Below are positions 45,867 through 58,786 of a DNA stretch of 64,000 nucleotides, one piece after another. The notes beneath the pieces were generated by a model. The model ran no database searches. It saw only the letters and a list, made by a program, of their open reading frames with translations, and was not told where the DNA came from. Every line of letters starts with the position of its first letter. Within the stretch, counting starts at the first letter, position 1. A program made the position numbers and the translations under genes. The stretch comes from an uncultured Reyranella sp. (GTDB lineage: Bacteria; Pseudomonadota; Alphaproteobacteria; Reyranellales; Reyranellaceae), in the NCBI GenBank assembly GCA_964588065.1, contig CAZPOS010000002.1, positions 5,482 through 69,481 on the forward strand, written 5' to 3'.

Positions 45867-46949
45867 TCAGTTGACCTTGGGCAGAGTGAGTATTTGCCCC
45901 GGATATATCAGATTGGGATCGACAATCTGTTCCTTGTTTGCGTCAAAAATGACGGTGTGTCGCCAGCCGGCGCCGTAATGCGCCCGCGCGATGTTCCAGA
46001 GATTGTCGCCCCGGACAATGTGGAGTCTACGGCCGTCGGCGCTCGAGACCGGCGCCACGACGACCCGCTCGAACGGCAGTTCGAGCCGCGCGACCGGCTT
46101 GCCGTCCTTGGCGATCCGGTCGAGGCGCAGCCGGTGCTTGCCCTGGTCGATCGGGTCGGGCGGCATCAGGCGCCAATGTCCGTCCGCGCCGGCCGTGCCC
46201 TCGGCCACCATCTTCTCGTTCACATAGGCGCGAACGACCGTCCCGGGGGCGGCGAGTCCGGACAGGGTTACCTGCCCCCGGTCGTCGTAGACCAGGGTCG
46301 ACAGCGACAGGTCCGCCGACTTCGGCACGCCGGCGGGCGAGGCCGGTTGCACCAGGGTGGGCACCCCGGCGGGCGGCGAAATCATGACGAGCGTTTCCTC
46401 GCGCGGCTTGGCCGCAGCCCCGGCCGCCGGCGGCTCGGGGACGACCGCGACCACGGCCTGCCCCGACGTGACCGGCGCCTTGCCCTCGATGTGCTGCACC
46501 ACACGCAGTTCGTGCTGCCCGGGTGCGAGCGGCGGGTCCTGAACGATGACGACCCACTCGCCGCGGGCGTCGGACTCGGCCTTGGCGATCTCCTTGCCGC
46601 CGTCGAGCAGGACGATCTTGGCGCCGGGGGCCGCCCGGCCGGCGATCACGGCCCGGCCATCGGGCCCGATCCGTGCGACGTCGAACGAGGGCTGCGCAGC
46701 GGCGGAGGACGTGGGTGTCGAGGCGGCGGGTGCCGGAGCGGCCGGCGGAGTGGTGGGCGCGGCGGCTGGAGACTGCGGACCTCCGGACGCGGCGGCAGCC
46801 GCAGCCGAAGGAGCCGTCGCACTGCCGGCGGCCTTTGCCGACTGGTCGATGGCGGCCTGTTCGCTGAGCTTGCCGCGCCATGCGACACCTAGGGCGATGG
46901 CGATGACCACGGCCCCCACAGCCACCAGCCCGAAAACAGTTCGTGACAT
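45867..46949 (-). CDS. membrane-anchored Ig-like/LysM domain protein
   Basis: N-terminal TM, Ala/Pro linker, PSFDVARI, C-terminal GDNLWNIA...LIYPGQIL. Confidence 0.9.
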   Translation of the reverse strand: MSRTVFGLVAVGAVVIAIALGVAWRGKLSEQAAIDQSAKAAGSATAPSAAAAAASGGPQSPAAAPTTPPAAPAPAASTPTSSAAAQPSFDVARIGPDGRAVIAGRAAPGAKIVLLDGGKEIAKAESDARGEWVVIVQDPPLAPGQHELRVVQHIEGKAPVTSGQAVVAVVPEPPAAGAAAKPREETLVMISPPAGVPTLVQPASPAGVPKSADLSLSTLVYDDRGQVTLSGLAAPGTVVRAYVNEKMVAEGTAGADGHWRLMPPDPIDQGKHRLRLDRIAKDGKPVARLELPFERVVVAPVSSADGRRLHIVRGDNLWNIARAHYGAGWRHTVIFDANKEQIVDPNLIYPGQILTLPKVN

Positions 46950-47065
46950 CGCCCTCCCAACGGTGCGACCACCATCCCCATGGCGTTCGCAACCACTCTT
47001 TGCGAAATGATACCATGTCACCCCGGCGCTGAAACGCGCTGGTTCGTCCCAGAAAAGCAGCTTTC

Positions 47066-49998
<2,933 letters not shown>

Positions 49999-50012
49999 AG
50001 CAGCGTCAGGTG

Positions 50013-50043
50013 AAGCCGCCCCGGGCAACCGGGGCGGCTTTCT
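50013..50043 (+). terminator. Rho-independent terminator between the two IDH genes
   Basis: AAGCCGCCCCGG-GCAA-CCGGGGCGGCTT-TCT. Confidence 0.8.
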
Positions 50044-50079
50044 AAATTGTGCGTCAGGAAGTTCTGTGAGGTCCGGAAG

Positions 50080-51297
50080 ATGCCGAAGATCAAGGTGAAG
50101 AACCCGGTCGTCGAGATGGACGGCGACGAGATGACCCGCATCATCTGGGCGTTCATCAAGGACAAGCTGATCCTTCCCTATCTCGACATCGACCTGAAGT
50201 ATTACGACCTCGGGATCGAGAATCGCGACAGGACCGCCGACAGGGTCACCGTCGAATCGGCCGAGGCGACGAAGACGTACGGCGTCGCCGTGAAGTGCGC
50301 GACGATCACGCCGGACGAAGCGCGCGTGAAGGAGTTCAATCTCAAGGAGATGTGGCGGTCGCCGAACGGCACCATCCGCAACATCATCGGCGGCACCATC
50401 TTCCGCGAGCCGATCGTCTGCAAGAACGTGCCGCGCCTGGTGCCGGGCTGGACCCATCCGATCGTCATCGGCCGCCACGCCTTCGGCGATCAGTACCGCG
50501 CCACCGACTTCGTGGTGCCGGGCAAGGGCAAGCTCACCGTCCGCTTCGAGGGCGAGGACGGCAAGGTCATCGAGCACGAGGTGTTCGACTTCCCGGCCGG
50601 CGGTGTCGCCATGACGATGTACAATCTGGACGAATCGATCATCGGCTTCGCCCGCAGTTCGTTCAATTACGGGCTGATGCGGGGCTGGCCGGTCTACCTG
50701 TCGACCAAGAATACAATCCTCAAGCGCTACGACGGCCGCTTCAAGGACCTGTTCCAGGAAGTCTACGACACGGAGTTCGCCGACAGGTTCAAGGCGAAGA
50801 ACATCTACTATCAGCACCGCCTGATCGACGACATGGTTGCCTCGGCCCTGAAATGGCACGGCGAATTCGTCTGGGCCTGCAAGAATTACGACGGCGACGT
50901 CCAGTCCGACACGGTGGCCCAGGGCTTCGGCTCGCTCGGCCTGATGACGTCGGTCCTGCTGACGCCGGACGGAAAGACGGTCGAGGCCGAGGCCGCCCAC
51001 GGCACGGTGACCCGTCACTACCGCGAGCACCAGCAGGGCAAGCCCACCTCGACCAACCCGATCGCCTCGATCTTCGCCTGGACGCAGGCTCTGAAGTACC
51101 GCGGCACCTTCGACGACACGCCGGAAGTGGTGAAGTTCGCCACCGCGCTCGAGAAGGTGTGCGTCGAGGCGGTGGAGAGCGGCAGGATGACCAAGGACCT
51201 GGCGCTGCTGATCGGCATGAACCAGACCTATCTGACCACCGAGGAGTTCCTGGCCGTGCTCGACGGCAACCTCAAGACCCAGATGGCCAGCTGGTAG
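50080..51297 (+). CDS. icd: homodimeric NADP-dependent isocitrate dehydrogenase (type II)
   Basis: [27 protein letters not shown] and [11 protein letters not shown] motifs. Confidence 0.96.
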   Translation: MPKIKVKNPVVEMDGDEMTRIIWAFIKDKLILPYLDIDLKYYDLGIENRDRTADRVTVESAEATKTYGVAVKCATITPDEARVKEFNLKEMWRSPNGTIRNIIGGTIFREPIVCKNVPRLVPGWTHPIVIGRHAFGDQYRATDFVVPGKGKLTVRFEGEDGKVIEHEVFDFPAGGVAMTMYNLDESIIGFARSSFNYGLMRGWPVYLSTKNTILKRYDGRFKDLFQEVYDTEFADRFKAKNIYYQHRLIDDMVASALKWHGEFVWACKNYDGDVQSDTVAQGFGSLGLMTSVLLTPDGKTVEAEAAHGTVTRHYREHQQGKPTSTNPIASIFAWTQALKYRGTFDDTPEVVKFATALEKVCVEAVESGRMTKDLALLIGMNQTYLTTEEFLAVLDGNLKTQMASW

Positions 51298-51304
51298 GCC
51301 TCGA

Positions 51305-51979
51305 TTGATCGTCGCCGGCGCCGACGGCTACCGCACCGGCTGGGTGGTCTGCCGGCGCGACGGAAACGGTGCCCTGGACATCGCAGTCGTGAAGACCCTC
51401 GCCGAAGCGTGCGAGGGTCTTTCCGTTCTGGCCGTCGACATGCCGATCGGTCTCGTCGATGCCCCACGGCCTGGCCGCGCCTGCGAGCGCGAGGCCCGCG
51501 CGCTCCTGCCCGGCAAGACGAGCTCGGTCTTCCCCACGCCCTGCCGGCCCGCCCTCGACTGCAGGACGCACGCCGAGGCCAATGCCCTCAGCAAGACGCT
51601 GGGCGTCGGGCTGACCCGACAGACGTTCCATCTCTTCCCGAAGATGCGCGAGGTCGACGCGCTGATGCGCGGCAGCGCCACCGTGCGTTCGATCGTCCAC
51701 GAGGCCCATCCCGAACTGGCTTTCGCGCGCATGAACGCCGGCAGGCCGGTGCTCAGCAAGAAGCGCCGCCCCGAAGGCTTCGCCGAACGCCTCGCGTTGC
51801 TCGCCCGCCACGGCTTCCCCTGGGACCCGAGATCGCTGCCCGGGGCGGCCCGCGACGACGTACTCGATGCCATGGCCGTGTGCCGTACGGCCCTGCTGAT
51901 CGCCCAGGGCGCGGCGACGCGCCTGGGGCCGGAACAGGAACGCGACCGCCACGGCCTGCCGATGAACATCTGGTTCTGA
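51305..51979 (+). CDS. DUF429 family protein (predicted nuclease fold)
   Basis: GADG, AVDMPIGL, EAHPE and DDVLDA motifs. Confidence 0.88.
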   Translation: MIVAGADGYRTGWVVCRRDGNGALDIAVVKTLAEACEGLSVLAVDMPIGLVDAPRPGRACEREARALLPGKTSSVFPTPCRPALDCRTHAEANALSKTLGVGLTRQTFHLFPKMREVDALMRGSATVRSIVHEAHPELAFARMNAGRPVLSKKRRPEGFAERLALLARHGFPWDPRSLPGAARDDVLDAMAVCRTALLIAQGAATRLGPEQERDRHGLPMNIWF

Positions 51980-52025
51980 AGCTCTTCCCTCGCCCTGACC
52001 TCACCCAGAGCAACGGACAAAGAGG

Positions 52026-52041
52026 GTTAACATGCTGTTAA
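52026..52041 (-). promoter_or_regulatory. CtrA-box-like site TTAA-N7-TTAAC
   Basis: Plus strand GTTAA-catgctg-TTAA, in a convergent intergenic gap. Confidence 0.5.
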
Positions 52042-52104
52042 TAAATGGTTTTCTGGAAATTTTGCCCGATCACCGCCGACCTGTCGGCAGAGGGTGCGAC
52101 ATCC

Positions 52105-52140
52105 GTTTCGTTTGTTTCGGTTATTTCGATTATTTCGATT
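52105..52140. repeat. 4 x 9-bp tandem repeat (GTTTCGTTT GTTTCGGTT ATTTCGATT ATTTCGATT)
   Basis: Read directly; AT-rich against a high-GC background. Confidence 0.8.
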
Positions 52141-52161
52141 ATCGGCCGGAGTGGCGGCCGT

Positions 52162-53001
52162 TCAGTGGTAGATGAAGAGCGGGACGGGCGCGTTGTCGAA
52201 CAGGTGCCGTGTCGTCGAGCCGAAGAGAATTTCCCGGACTCCCCGATGACCGAACGCCCCCATGACGAGCAGCCGAGCCCCCGTCTCCGAAGCGCGCCGC
52301 AGCAGGATCTCGGCCGGGCTCTCGCTCGTTGCGACGGCCTCCAGGTCCGTTTCGACGCCATGCATCGCCAGGAAGGACCCGGCTCGTTCAGCAACGGACT
52401 GGGCGGCGGACTGTTCACGCCCGATCGACAGGATGCGCGCTCTGGAGGGTCCGAAAATCCTCATCAGCGCCGCGACCTGCAAGGCCTTCGCGGCCGGCGG
52501 GCTTCCATCGTAGGCCACCAGGACCGGCCCCTTCTCGACCCACTCGGGACCCGTTACGACGACCGGACGGCACCCCTTGGCGACAACATGGTGCACCAGC
52601 GGCGTCAGGCCCTCGACCGGTTCGAGGTGAAATTCGGCATCCCGTCCGGTGACGACCAGGTCGCACGTCTCGATCATGCGAAGCAATCCATCGCGCACGT
52701 TCGCTTCCATCAGGGAGCAATGGGCGTCCATGCCCTCGTTCGCGAGGGATCGCCGAAACTCGTCCGGCAGTTCCGTGATTCTCGCGCGGCGCTCATCCGC
52801 CAGCTTCTTGCGATGCTGCAGACGGTCGTAGGCATACTGCACGCCGCCGATCGGCACCGGCTCGGCGTGCTCGAGATCGCTGACATCGAGTGCCGTCACG
52901 CCTCTCACCTGGGCGCCGCACTGTCGAGCCAGCGCAACGGCCATTCCCCGGGCGGCGACCGCGGACGGCGTGTCATCTACGGTGACGAGAATCGAGCGCA
53001 T
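52162..53001 (-). CDS. universal stress protein (tandem USP)
   Basis: [22 protein letters not shown] and LLVMGAFGH...FGSTT motifs. Confidence 0.92.
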   Translation of the reverse strand: MRSILVTVDDTPSAVAARGMAVALARQCGAQVRGVTALDVSDLEHAEPVPIGGVQYAYDRLQHRKKLADERRARITELPDEFRRSLANEGMDAHCSLMEANVRDGLLRMIETCDLVVTGRDAEFHLEPVEGLTPLVHHVVAKGCRPVVVTGPEWVEKGPVLVAYDGSPPAAKALQVAALMRIFGPSRARILSIGREQSAAQSVAERAGSFLAMHGVETDLEAVATSESPAEILLRRASETGARLLVMGAFGHRGVREILFGSTTRHLFDNAPVPLFIYH

Positions 53002-53052
53002 GCGTCCCCTCTTCGATAGCAGCCGACGGTAGAGAGACCGCCGGCCAAGGCA

Positions 53053-53066
53053 TTGACCTGCATCAA
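53053..53066. promoter_or_regulatory. FNR/FixK box (TTGAC-ctgc-ATCAA) upstream of the USP gene
   Basis: One mismatch to TTGAT-N4-ATCAA, 52-65 bp upstream of the USP start. Confidence 0.75.
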
Positions 53067-53099
53067 CGTGCGGAAGTGCCAGGATCGAACGGCCTCGGA

Positions 53100-54095
53100 C
53101 TATTCCGGCCTGACCCCTGCGGCCTGCAGCACCGGCACCCAGATCGGCTCCTGGACGTTCAGCCAGTCGGCAAGCTGCTGCGGCGTGCCGCCCATGGCGA
53201 CAAAGCCGCGCTTGGCGAGGTCCTGTTTCTGCTCCGGCGTCGCCACGGCGGCATTCAGCGCCTCGTTCAGCTTTGCGACCACCGCCGATGGCGTGCCGGC
53301 GGGCGCGAGCAGCGTGTACACGATCGTGCCATCGACATCGCCCGCCCCCAGTTCCTTGAAGGTCGGGATCGCCGGCGCGACCGAGGAGCGCTCGAGCGAG
53401 GCCATGGCATAGGGCTTGAGCTTGCCGGCCACGATGTGTGGAGCGACGCTGGTGATGCTCGACATGCCAAGCTTGATGTGGCCGCCCAGCAGGTCGGTAA
53501 CCAGAGGCCCGGTCCCGCGGAATGGCACGTGTGTCAGCTTGATCCCGTTCATCATGGCGAACTGCTCGGTCGACAGGTGCATCGGCGTCGTCAGTCCCGC
53601 CGTCCCGTACTGGACCGACCCTGGCACCGCCTTCGCCGCAGCGATGATTGCCTTGAGGTCCGGCCACGGCGCGTCGGGGCTGCCCACGAGCACCGATTCC
53701 TGCTTGGCGATGAAGCCGACCGGCACGAAGGCCGTCTTGGCATCGAAACCGAGCCTGGCGACGATGTGCGGGAAGAGCGGCAGATTGTTCGCACTGACCA
53801 CCATCCAGTGGCCGTCCGCCGGCTGCTTGGCCACAAATTCGTGCGCGATGCTGCCGCCGCCGCCGCCCTTGTTGTCGACGATCACCGTGCCCCCCAGTGC
53901 CTTCTGCATCGGCTCCTGGATCGCCCGCGCCAGCGAATCGGTACCGCCCCCCGGCGGAAAGGGCACGACGACATGAACCGGCTGGGAGGGAAAGCTCTGG
54001 GCCCAGGCCGGCAGGCCGGCCGCTGCAATGGCGGCTGCAGGCAGGCTCAGAATGCCGCGCCTCGTGAGTGTCGATCGACGACCGTAGTTTCGCAT
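53100..54095 (-). CDS. tripartite tricarboxylate transporter substrate-binding protein (Bug/TctC)
   Basis: VVPFPPGGGTD, VDNKGGGGG, HVPFRGTGP and PTFKELG motifs. Confidence 0.93.
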   Translation of the reverse strand: MRNYGRRSTLTRRGILSLPAAAIAAAGLPAWAQSFPSQPVHVVVPFPPGGGTDSLARAIQEPMQKALGGTVIVDNKGGGGGSIAHEFVAKQPADGHWMVVSANNLPLFPHIVARLGFDAKTAFVPVGFIAKQESVLVGSPDAPWPDLKAIIAAAKAVPGSVQYGTAGLTTPMHLSTEQFAMMNGIKLTHVPFRGTGPLVTDLLGGHIKLGMSSITSVAPHIVAGKLKPYAMASLERSSVAPAIPTFKELGAGDVDGTIVYTLLAPAGTPSAVVAKLNEALNAAVATPEQKQDLAKRGFVAMGGTPQQLADWLNVQEPIWVPVLQAAGVRPE

Positions 54096-54200
54096 GGCAT
54101 TCCTCCACGGCCTGCTCCCGTGACCGGAGCATTTGCCGTGAAGTAGCCTAGCGCCCGTGCGGCAGGCGCGGAATCAAAAACCGGGACGCGTTTCGCTCGC

Positions 54201-54473
54201 TCAGACCATGCCGAGCGCGTGCTTGTAAACGTCGAGCAGCGTCTCCTGCTCGGCCCGGTCGGCGGCATCCATGGCGCGCATCGACACGATCTTGCGCATG
54301 GTCTTGACGTCGTAGCCGACGCCCTTGGCTTCGCTGTAGACGTCCTTGATGTCGCCGCCGATGGCCTTGCGCTCTTCCTCGAGCTTCTCGATGCGCTCGA
54401 TGAAACTCTTCAGGCGGTCGGCCGAGATGGGGCCAGCTTTGGTCTTCTTGGAAATCGCGCTTCCGTCCGGCAT
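54201..54473 (-). CDS. gapR: DUF2312 / GapR nucleoid-associated protein
   Basis: LKSFIERIEKLEEERKAIGGDIKDVYSEAKGVGYDVK. Confidence 0.88.
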   Translation of the reverse strand: MPDGSAISKKTKAGPISADRLKSFIERIEKLEEERKAIGGDIKDVYSEAKGVGYDVKTMRKIVSMRAMDAADRAEQETLLDVYKHALGMV

Positions 54474-54591
54474 GTCCAGCTACTCCATGGTCCGACGGGC
54501 AAGACCATAGAAGCGACCACCATGTCCACTCAATTACATCGACGTCCTGAAACGTGGGGATAACGGGGACGGCAGCGCGCCCTGAGACACT

Positions 54592-55542
54592 CTATGCACG
54601 GGCCGGGAAGTGTGTTCGCCAGTGCTGGGCGACATCGATGCCACGGCAGAACCAGACGCCTTCGCGGGCCGTCGCATAATGCAGGAACCTGACGAGGCCG
54701 CCCGCACGGCCCGGCCGTCCGATCAGACGGTCATGGAGGCCGATCGATAGCAGCTTCGGCGCGCCGGCGGCGCCCTCCTCGTAGAGGAAGTCGAAGGCGT
54801 CGCGCATGTATTCGAAGAAGTCCTCGCCGGTCGAGAAGCCGGAATTCGCATCGAAACGATTGTCGTTGGCCTCGTAGGAATAGGGGATCACCAGATGGGG
54901 ACCGTGCGCGGTCTCGACCCAATAGGGCAGTTCGTCGGCGAGCGAGTCGCGATCGTAGAGGAAGCCGCCCTCCTCCACGACGAGCCGGCGCGTGTTCTCG
55001 CCGGGGCGCCCGGTCATCCAGCCCAGCGGACGACTGCCGGTGAGGCGTGTCAGGATCTCCACCGCCTGGCGGATGTGTGCGCGCTCGGTCGCCTCGGCGA
55101 CCTCGCCATAGTCGATCCAGCGATAGCCGTGGCTGACCATCTCGTGGCCGCGTTCGACGCAGGCCCGCGCGAGCAGCGGATTCTGTTCCAGCGCCCGGGC
55201 AACGCCCAGCACGCTCACCGGGACCGAGAAGCGCGCGAAGATGTCGAGGAGCCGCCACGCGCCGCGGCGGCTGCCATATTCGAAGACCGATTCGACGAGC
55301 GGCACCCGGCGCCCGGCCTTCGTGTCCACACCGATGTCGTTCAGCATTCCCTCGGACACCGCATCGCCGTTGGCCAGGGTCGATTCGCCGCCGCCCTCGA
55401 CGTTGAGGTTGAAGTTGACGGCAATGCGGGCATTGCCCGGCCAGTGCGGATGGGGCGGCGTCTCGCCATAGCCCACGAGATCGCGGACCTTCATCGCGTC
55501 GGGGCGGATGTCGGTGGCGGCAGCGGGATCGAATGCGGACAT
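54592..55542 (-). CDS. PuuE-like polysaccharide-deacetylase-fold amidohydrolase (allantoinase-like)
   Basis: RDLVGYG..PPHPHWPGNARIA, EYGSRRG, SHGYRW and SIGLHDRLIGRPGR motifs. Confidence 0.85.
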   Translation of the reverse strand: MSAFDPAAATDIRPDAMKVRDLVGYGETPPHPHWPGNARIAVNFNLNVEGGGESTLANGDAVSEGMLNDIGVDTKAGRRVPLVESVFEYGSRRGAWRLLDIFARFSVPVSVLGVARALEQNPLLARACVERGHEMVSHGYRWIDYGEVAEATERAHIRQAVEILTRLTGSRPLGWMTGRPGENTRRLVVEEGGFLYDRDSLADELPYWVETAHGPHLVIPYSYEANDNRFDANSGFSTGEDFFEYMRDAFDFLYEEGAAGAPKLLSIGLHDRLIGRPGRAGGLVRFLHYATAREGVWFCRGIDVAQHWRTHFPARA

Positions 55543-55556
55543 TGGCGGCTCCGGGA

Positions 55557-56687
55557 TCAGGCGGCGGTGTCGAGCGGGGCAGTGCTGGGATCGTAGGCGA
55601 AGAACCAGTCGACCTCCGTCGGCCCGTGCATCCAGGTATTGGCGATCGAGATGCGCTGCACCTCGGCCACCCGCGGGATGCGGTTGGCCGCGTATCGGCG
55701 GAACGCCGTCTCGGTATCGGTCGCCTCGACGATGCAGCGATGAAGGATGGCGGCATCCTCGATCGCCATCGAGCCGCCCGCGGCCATGAACGGCCGCACG
55801 GCGTGGCAGGCGTCGCCCATCAGCACGACGCGGCCCTTGTGCCACGTGTCGTTGCGCGGCCGATCCATGATCGGCCAGACGGACACGTCGGTCGCCGCCT
55901 CGGCCGCCCGCAGCAACTCGGGATGGAAGCCTTCCAGCGCCGACACGAAGTCGTCGCGCGTGCCGGGGATCGGCGTGCCATCGCCATCCCAGCGATCGGC
56001 CGGGATGGCGGCCATGACGTAGACCTCGTCCCGCCGCGCCGTCATGTAATAGACCAGCACGTGGCGATCGGGGCCCCACCATTTGGTGCAATCGCGGATC
56101 GCGAGGTCGCCGAGACGCTCGGCCGGGAAGACCGCCCTGGGGGCAATGCGTCCGATGAAGCGCGGCTCTTCATGCCCGAGGATCTCGTCGCGCACACGCG
56201 AGCGAATGCCGTCGGCGCCGATCACGATGTCGACCTCGGCGCTGGCACCATTGTCGAAAGTCAGCGTGATCCCGCCCGGCGTCTCCTCGAGTCCCGCCAG
56301 CCGATGACCGAAGCGGATCGTTCCCGGCGCAAGCGGCGTCTGCAGGATGCGATGCAGGTCGGCGCGATGGATGTTGACGAAGGGACCGCCGAACCGCGCT
56401 TCGCAGGCCGCGTCGAAGACGAGTTCGTAGAGCGTCTCGCCACTATTCCAGGCGCGACTGACGAAGGCATCGGGCCGAATGCCGGTTTCCGTGAAGCTGG
56501 GTTCGAGGTCGAGCGACCGCAGGACCTTGGCGACATTGGCCCCGAGGATGATGCCCGCCCCGATCCGCGAAAAGTTCGGCGTCTGCTCGTAGACGGCGAC
56601 AGGATATCCATCGCGCTGCAACAGAGCCGCCACCGTGAGCCCCGCCAACCCGCCGCCGACAACTGCGATTCGTGTCTGCCGATCCAT
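55557..56687 (-). CDS. FAD-dependent aromatic monooxygenase, NicC-like
   Basis: GGGLAG, HRADL, GADGIRS, CTKWWGPDRHVLVYY and GDACH...GGSMAIEDA motifs. Confidence 0.88.
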   Translation of the reverse strand: MDRQTRIAVVGGGLAGLTVAALLQRDGYPVAVYEQTPNFSRIGAGIILGANVAKVLRSLDLEPSFTETGIRPDAFVSRAWNSGETLYELVFDAACEARFGGPFVNIHRADLHRILQTPLAPGTIRFGHRLAGLEETPGGITLTFDNGASAEVDIVIGADGIRSRVRDEILGHEEPRFIGRIAPRAVFPAERLGDLAIRDCTKWWGPDRHVLVYYMTARRDEVYVMAAIPADRWDGDGTPIPGTRDDFVSALEGFHPELLRAAEAATDVSVWPIMDRPRNDTWHKGRVVLMGDACHAVRPFMAAGGSMAIEDAAILHRCIVEATDTETAFRRYAANRIPRVAEVQRISIANTWMHGPTEVDWFFAYDPSTAPLDTAA

Positions 56688-56728
56688 CCGCTTTACCTCG
56701 ATCACGCATTCCGAAGATCCTTCGTAGA

Positions 56729-56746
56729 TCATTCGCTATCGAATGA
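56729..56746. promoter_or_regulatory. palindromic operator TCATTCG-CTAT-CGAATGA (likely MarR site 1)
   Basis: Perfect 7-bp arms, just upstream of the monooxygenase. Confidence 0.75.
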
Positions 56747-56888
56747 ATAGGGCCCTGGAGATGAGCAAGCGAAGTTTGGGTGGCCTCGCAAGAATCCCAT
56801 TATGTCCCATAAAAGGCGGTTTGGTGCCCATTCTGACCAAGAACTGAGCACCGCCGGCGGAACTGCGAAGCGGATCATCCGATGCTTT

Positions 56889-56906
56889 TCATTCGATATG
56901 GAATGA
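56889..56906. promoter_or_regulatory. palindromic operator TCATTCG-ATAT-GGAATGA (likely MarR site 2)
   Basis: Near-identical to site 1, 160 bp away, upstream of the ABC operon. Confidence 0.75.
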
Positions 56907-56993
56907 AATATGCAAAGGCATCGGGACGCTCAGTGGCGGCGATGGCGCCGCAGCCTGCCGGGGGCCTTCCCTGTTCGAACGAGGGTGTGATCT

Positions 56994-57971
56994 ATGAAAC
57001 TGCTTGGACGTCTCGCCGCCGCAATCGGCCTCGTCGCCGGCATGGCCGCGGCCAGTGCGGCGCCGGCCCGCGCGACCGACGTGAACTTCATCACCGACTT
57101 CGGCTTCAACGGACGCCACGCCTACTTCTACGTCGCGCGCGAGAAGGGCTATTACAAGGAAGCCGGCCTCGACGTGACCTTCCTGCGCGGCCAGGGCTCG
57201 GCCGATGCGATCAAGAAGGTGGCCGCCGGCCTGGCGACGATCGGCTTCGCCGATGCGGGCTCGCTGGTCCTGGCGCGCGGCAATGACGGCGTGCCGGTGA
57301 AGCTGGTCTCGATCGTCTATGCCCGGCCGCCACAGGCCATCTTCGGCGTCAAGGGATCAGGCATCGCCTCGCCGAAGGATCTCGAAGGCAAGACCATCGC
57401 CGATACCGCATCGAGCTCGGTCCGCTTGCTGTTCCCGGCGTTCGCCAAGGCAGCCGGCATCGATGCCAGCAAGGTGAAGTGGGTCGTCGCGGAAGGCTCC
57501 GCCCTGCCCTCCCTGCTCGCCAACGGCCGCGTCGACGCGATCGGCCAGTTCTCGGTGGGCGAGCCGCTGATTGCGGCGGCCATCGCGCCCAAGGAAACGG
57601 TGCGCATCGCCTACAAGGATTCGGGCCTCGACTATTACGGCAACGGCCTGATCGCCTCGGAGGAGACGATCGCCAAGCAGCCCGAACTGGTGCGGGCCTT
57701 CGTCAAGGCGACGATCAAGGGCATGAAGGACGCCTTCGCCAACCCGGCCGAAGCCGCCGCCATCATGGCCAAGTACCAGAAGGAACTGGCCCCGGCGATC
57801 ATCGAGGGCGAGACCAAGCTCGTGGGAGAACTCGCGACCGTGCCCGGCCAGCCGCTGGGCAGCATCAACCCGAAGAGCATCGCGGGCACCGTCGAGGTCA
57901 TGTCGGCCAACTTCACCTTGAAGTCGCCCGTGCAGCCGGCGCAGCTCTACGCTCCGGGCTTCGTCGAATGA
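56994..57971 (+). CDS. ABC substrate-binding protein, NMT1/THI5-like
   Basis: Signal peptide; YVAREKGYYKEAGLDV, GQGSA and SPKDLEGKT motifs. Confidence 0.9.
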   Translation: MKLLGRLAAAIGLVAGMAAASAAPARATDVNFITDFGFNGRHAYFYVAREKGYYKEAGLDVTFLRGQGSADAIKKVAAGLATIGFADAGSLVLARGNDGVPVKLVSIVYARPPQAIFGVKGSGIASPKDLEGKTIADTASSSVRLLFPAFAKAAGIDASKVKWVVAEGSALPSLLANGRVDAIGQFSVGEPLIAAAIAPKETVRIAYKDSGLDYYGNGLIASEETIAKQPELVRAFVKATIKGMKDAFANPAEAAAIMAKYQKELAPAIIEGETKLVGELATVPGQPLGSINPKSIAGTVEVMSANFTLKSPVQPAQLYAPGFVE

Positions 57972-58783
57972 TGGTGGCCGCCGGTGGCCTGGCGGCCGCC
58001 CCTCCGCCGGCGGCGGACGTGGCGGCCATCGATCTCCGGGGGGTGAGCAAGCACTACCCCGGCGCGGCGGGAACGTCGGTCCATGCGCTCGGGCCGATCG
58101 ACCTGCACATCCCGACCGGCAGCTTCGTGGCCGTGGTCGGCCCCTCCGGCTGCGGCAAGTCCACCCTGCTGCGGCTGGTCGCCGGCCTGGAGATGCCCGA
58201 CAGCGGCGCGATGATGCGCTACGGCACACCGCTCGACGCGCCCTCCCACGAGGTCGGCATCGTCTTCCAGGAGCACGTGCTGTTCCCCTGGAACACGGTG
58301 CTGGAAAACGTGTTGCTCCCGGCCGACGTTCTCGCGCTGCCCAAGGCTGCAGCGCGGGAGCGCGCGCTGCGTCTTCTCGAGATGACCGGCCTCGCGGCGT
58401 TCGCCAATCATCGCCCCCAGATGCTCTCCGGCGGCATGCGCCAGCGCGCGGCGCTCTGCCGGGCCCTGCTCGCCGATCCGCGCCTGCTGCTGCTCGACGA
58501 GCCGTTCGGCGCGCTCGATGCGCTGACGCGCGAGGAACTGTCGCTCGAACTGTCCGGCCTCTGGCAGGATCTCGGGCGCACCGCCTTCCTCATCACGCAC
58601 GACATCGAGGAGGCGATCCTGCTCAGCGACCGCGTGCTGGTCATGTCCCCGCGGCCCGGGCGGATCCGCGCCGACATCGCGATCGACCTGCCGCGCCCGC
58701 GCAATGCCGACACGCCGGCGCTACCGCGCTTCCAGGAGCTGAAGCAGCAGATCCGCGACATCATCTTCGACCGCAGGGCCTGA
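57968..58783 (+). CDS. ABC ATPase (TauB/SsuB-like)
   Basis: GPSGCGKST, LSGGMRQR and LLLDEPFGALD motifs. Confidence 0.93.
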   Translation: MMVAAGGLAAAPPPAADVAAIDLRGVSKHYPGAAGTSVHALGPIDLHIPTGSFVAVVGPSGCGKSTLLRLVAGLEMPDSGAMMRYGTPLDAPSHEVGIVFQEHVLFPWNTVLENVLLPADVLALPKAAARERALRLLEMTGLAAFANHRPQMLSGGMRQRAALCRALLADPRLLLLDEPFGALDALTREELSLELSGLWQDLGRTAFLITHDIEEAILLSDRVLVMSPRPGRIRADIAIDLPRPRNADTPALPRFQELKQQIRDIIFDRRA

Positions 58784-58786
58784 GCG

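Noticed and set aside
52162-54132. 656-aa ORF suggesting a large USP fusion
   Set aside because: The N-terminal part overlaps the Bug gene in another frame; the USP has its own ATG (53001), RBS and FNR box.
54554-54563. DnaA-box-like GTGGGGATAA upstream of gapR
   Set aside because: A single imperfect match is not enough support.
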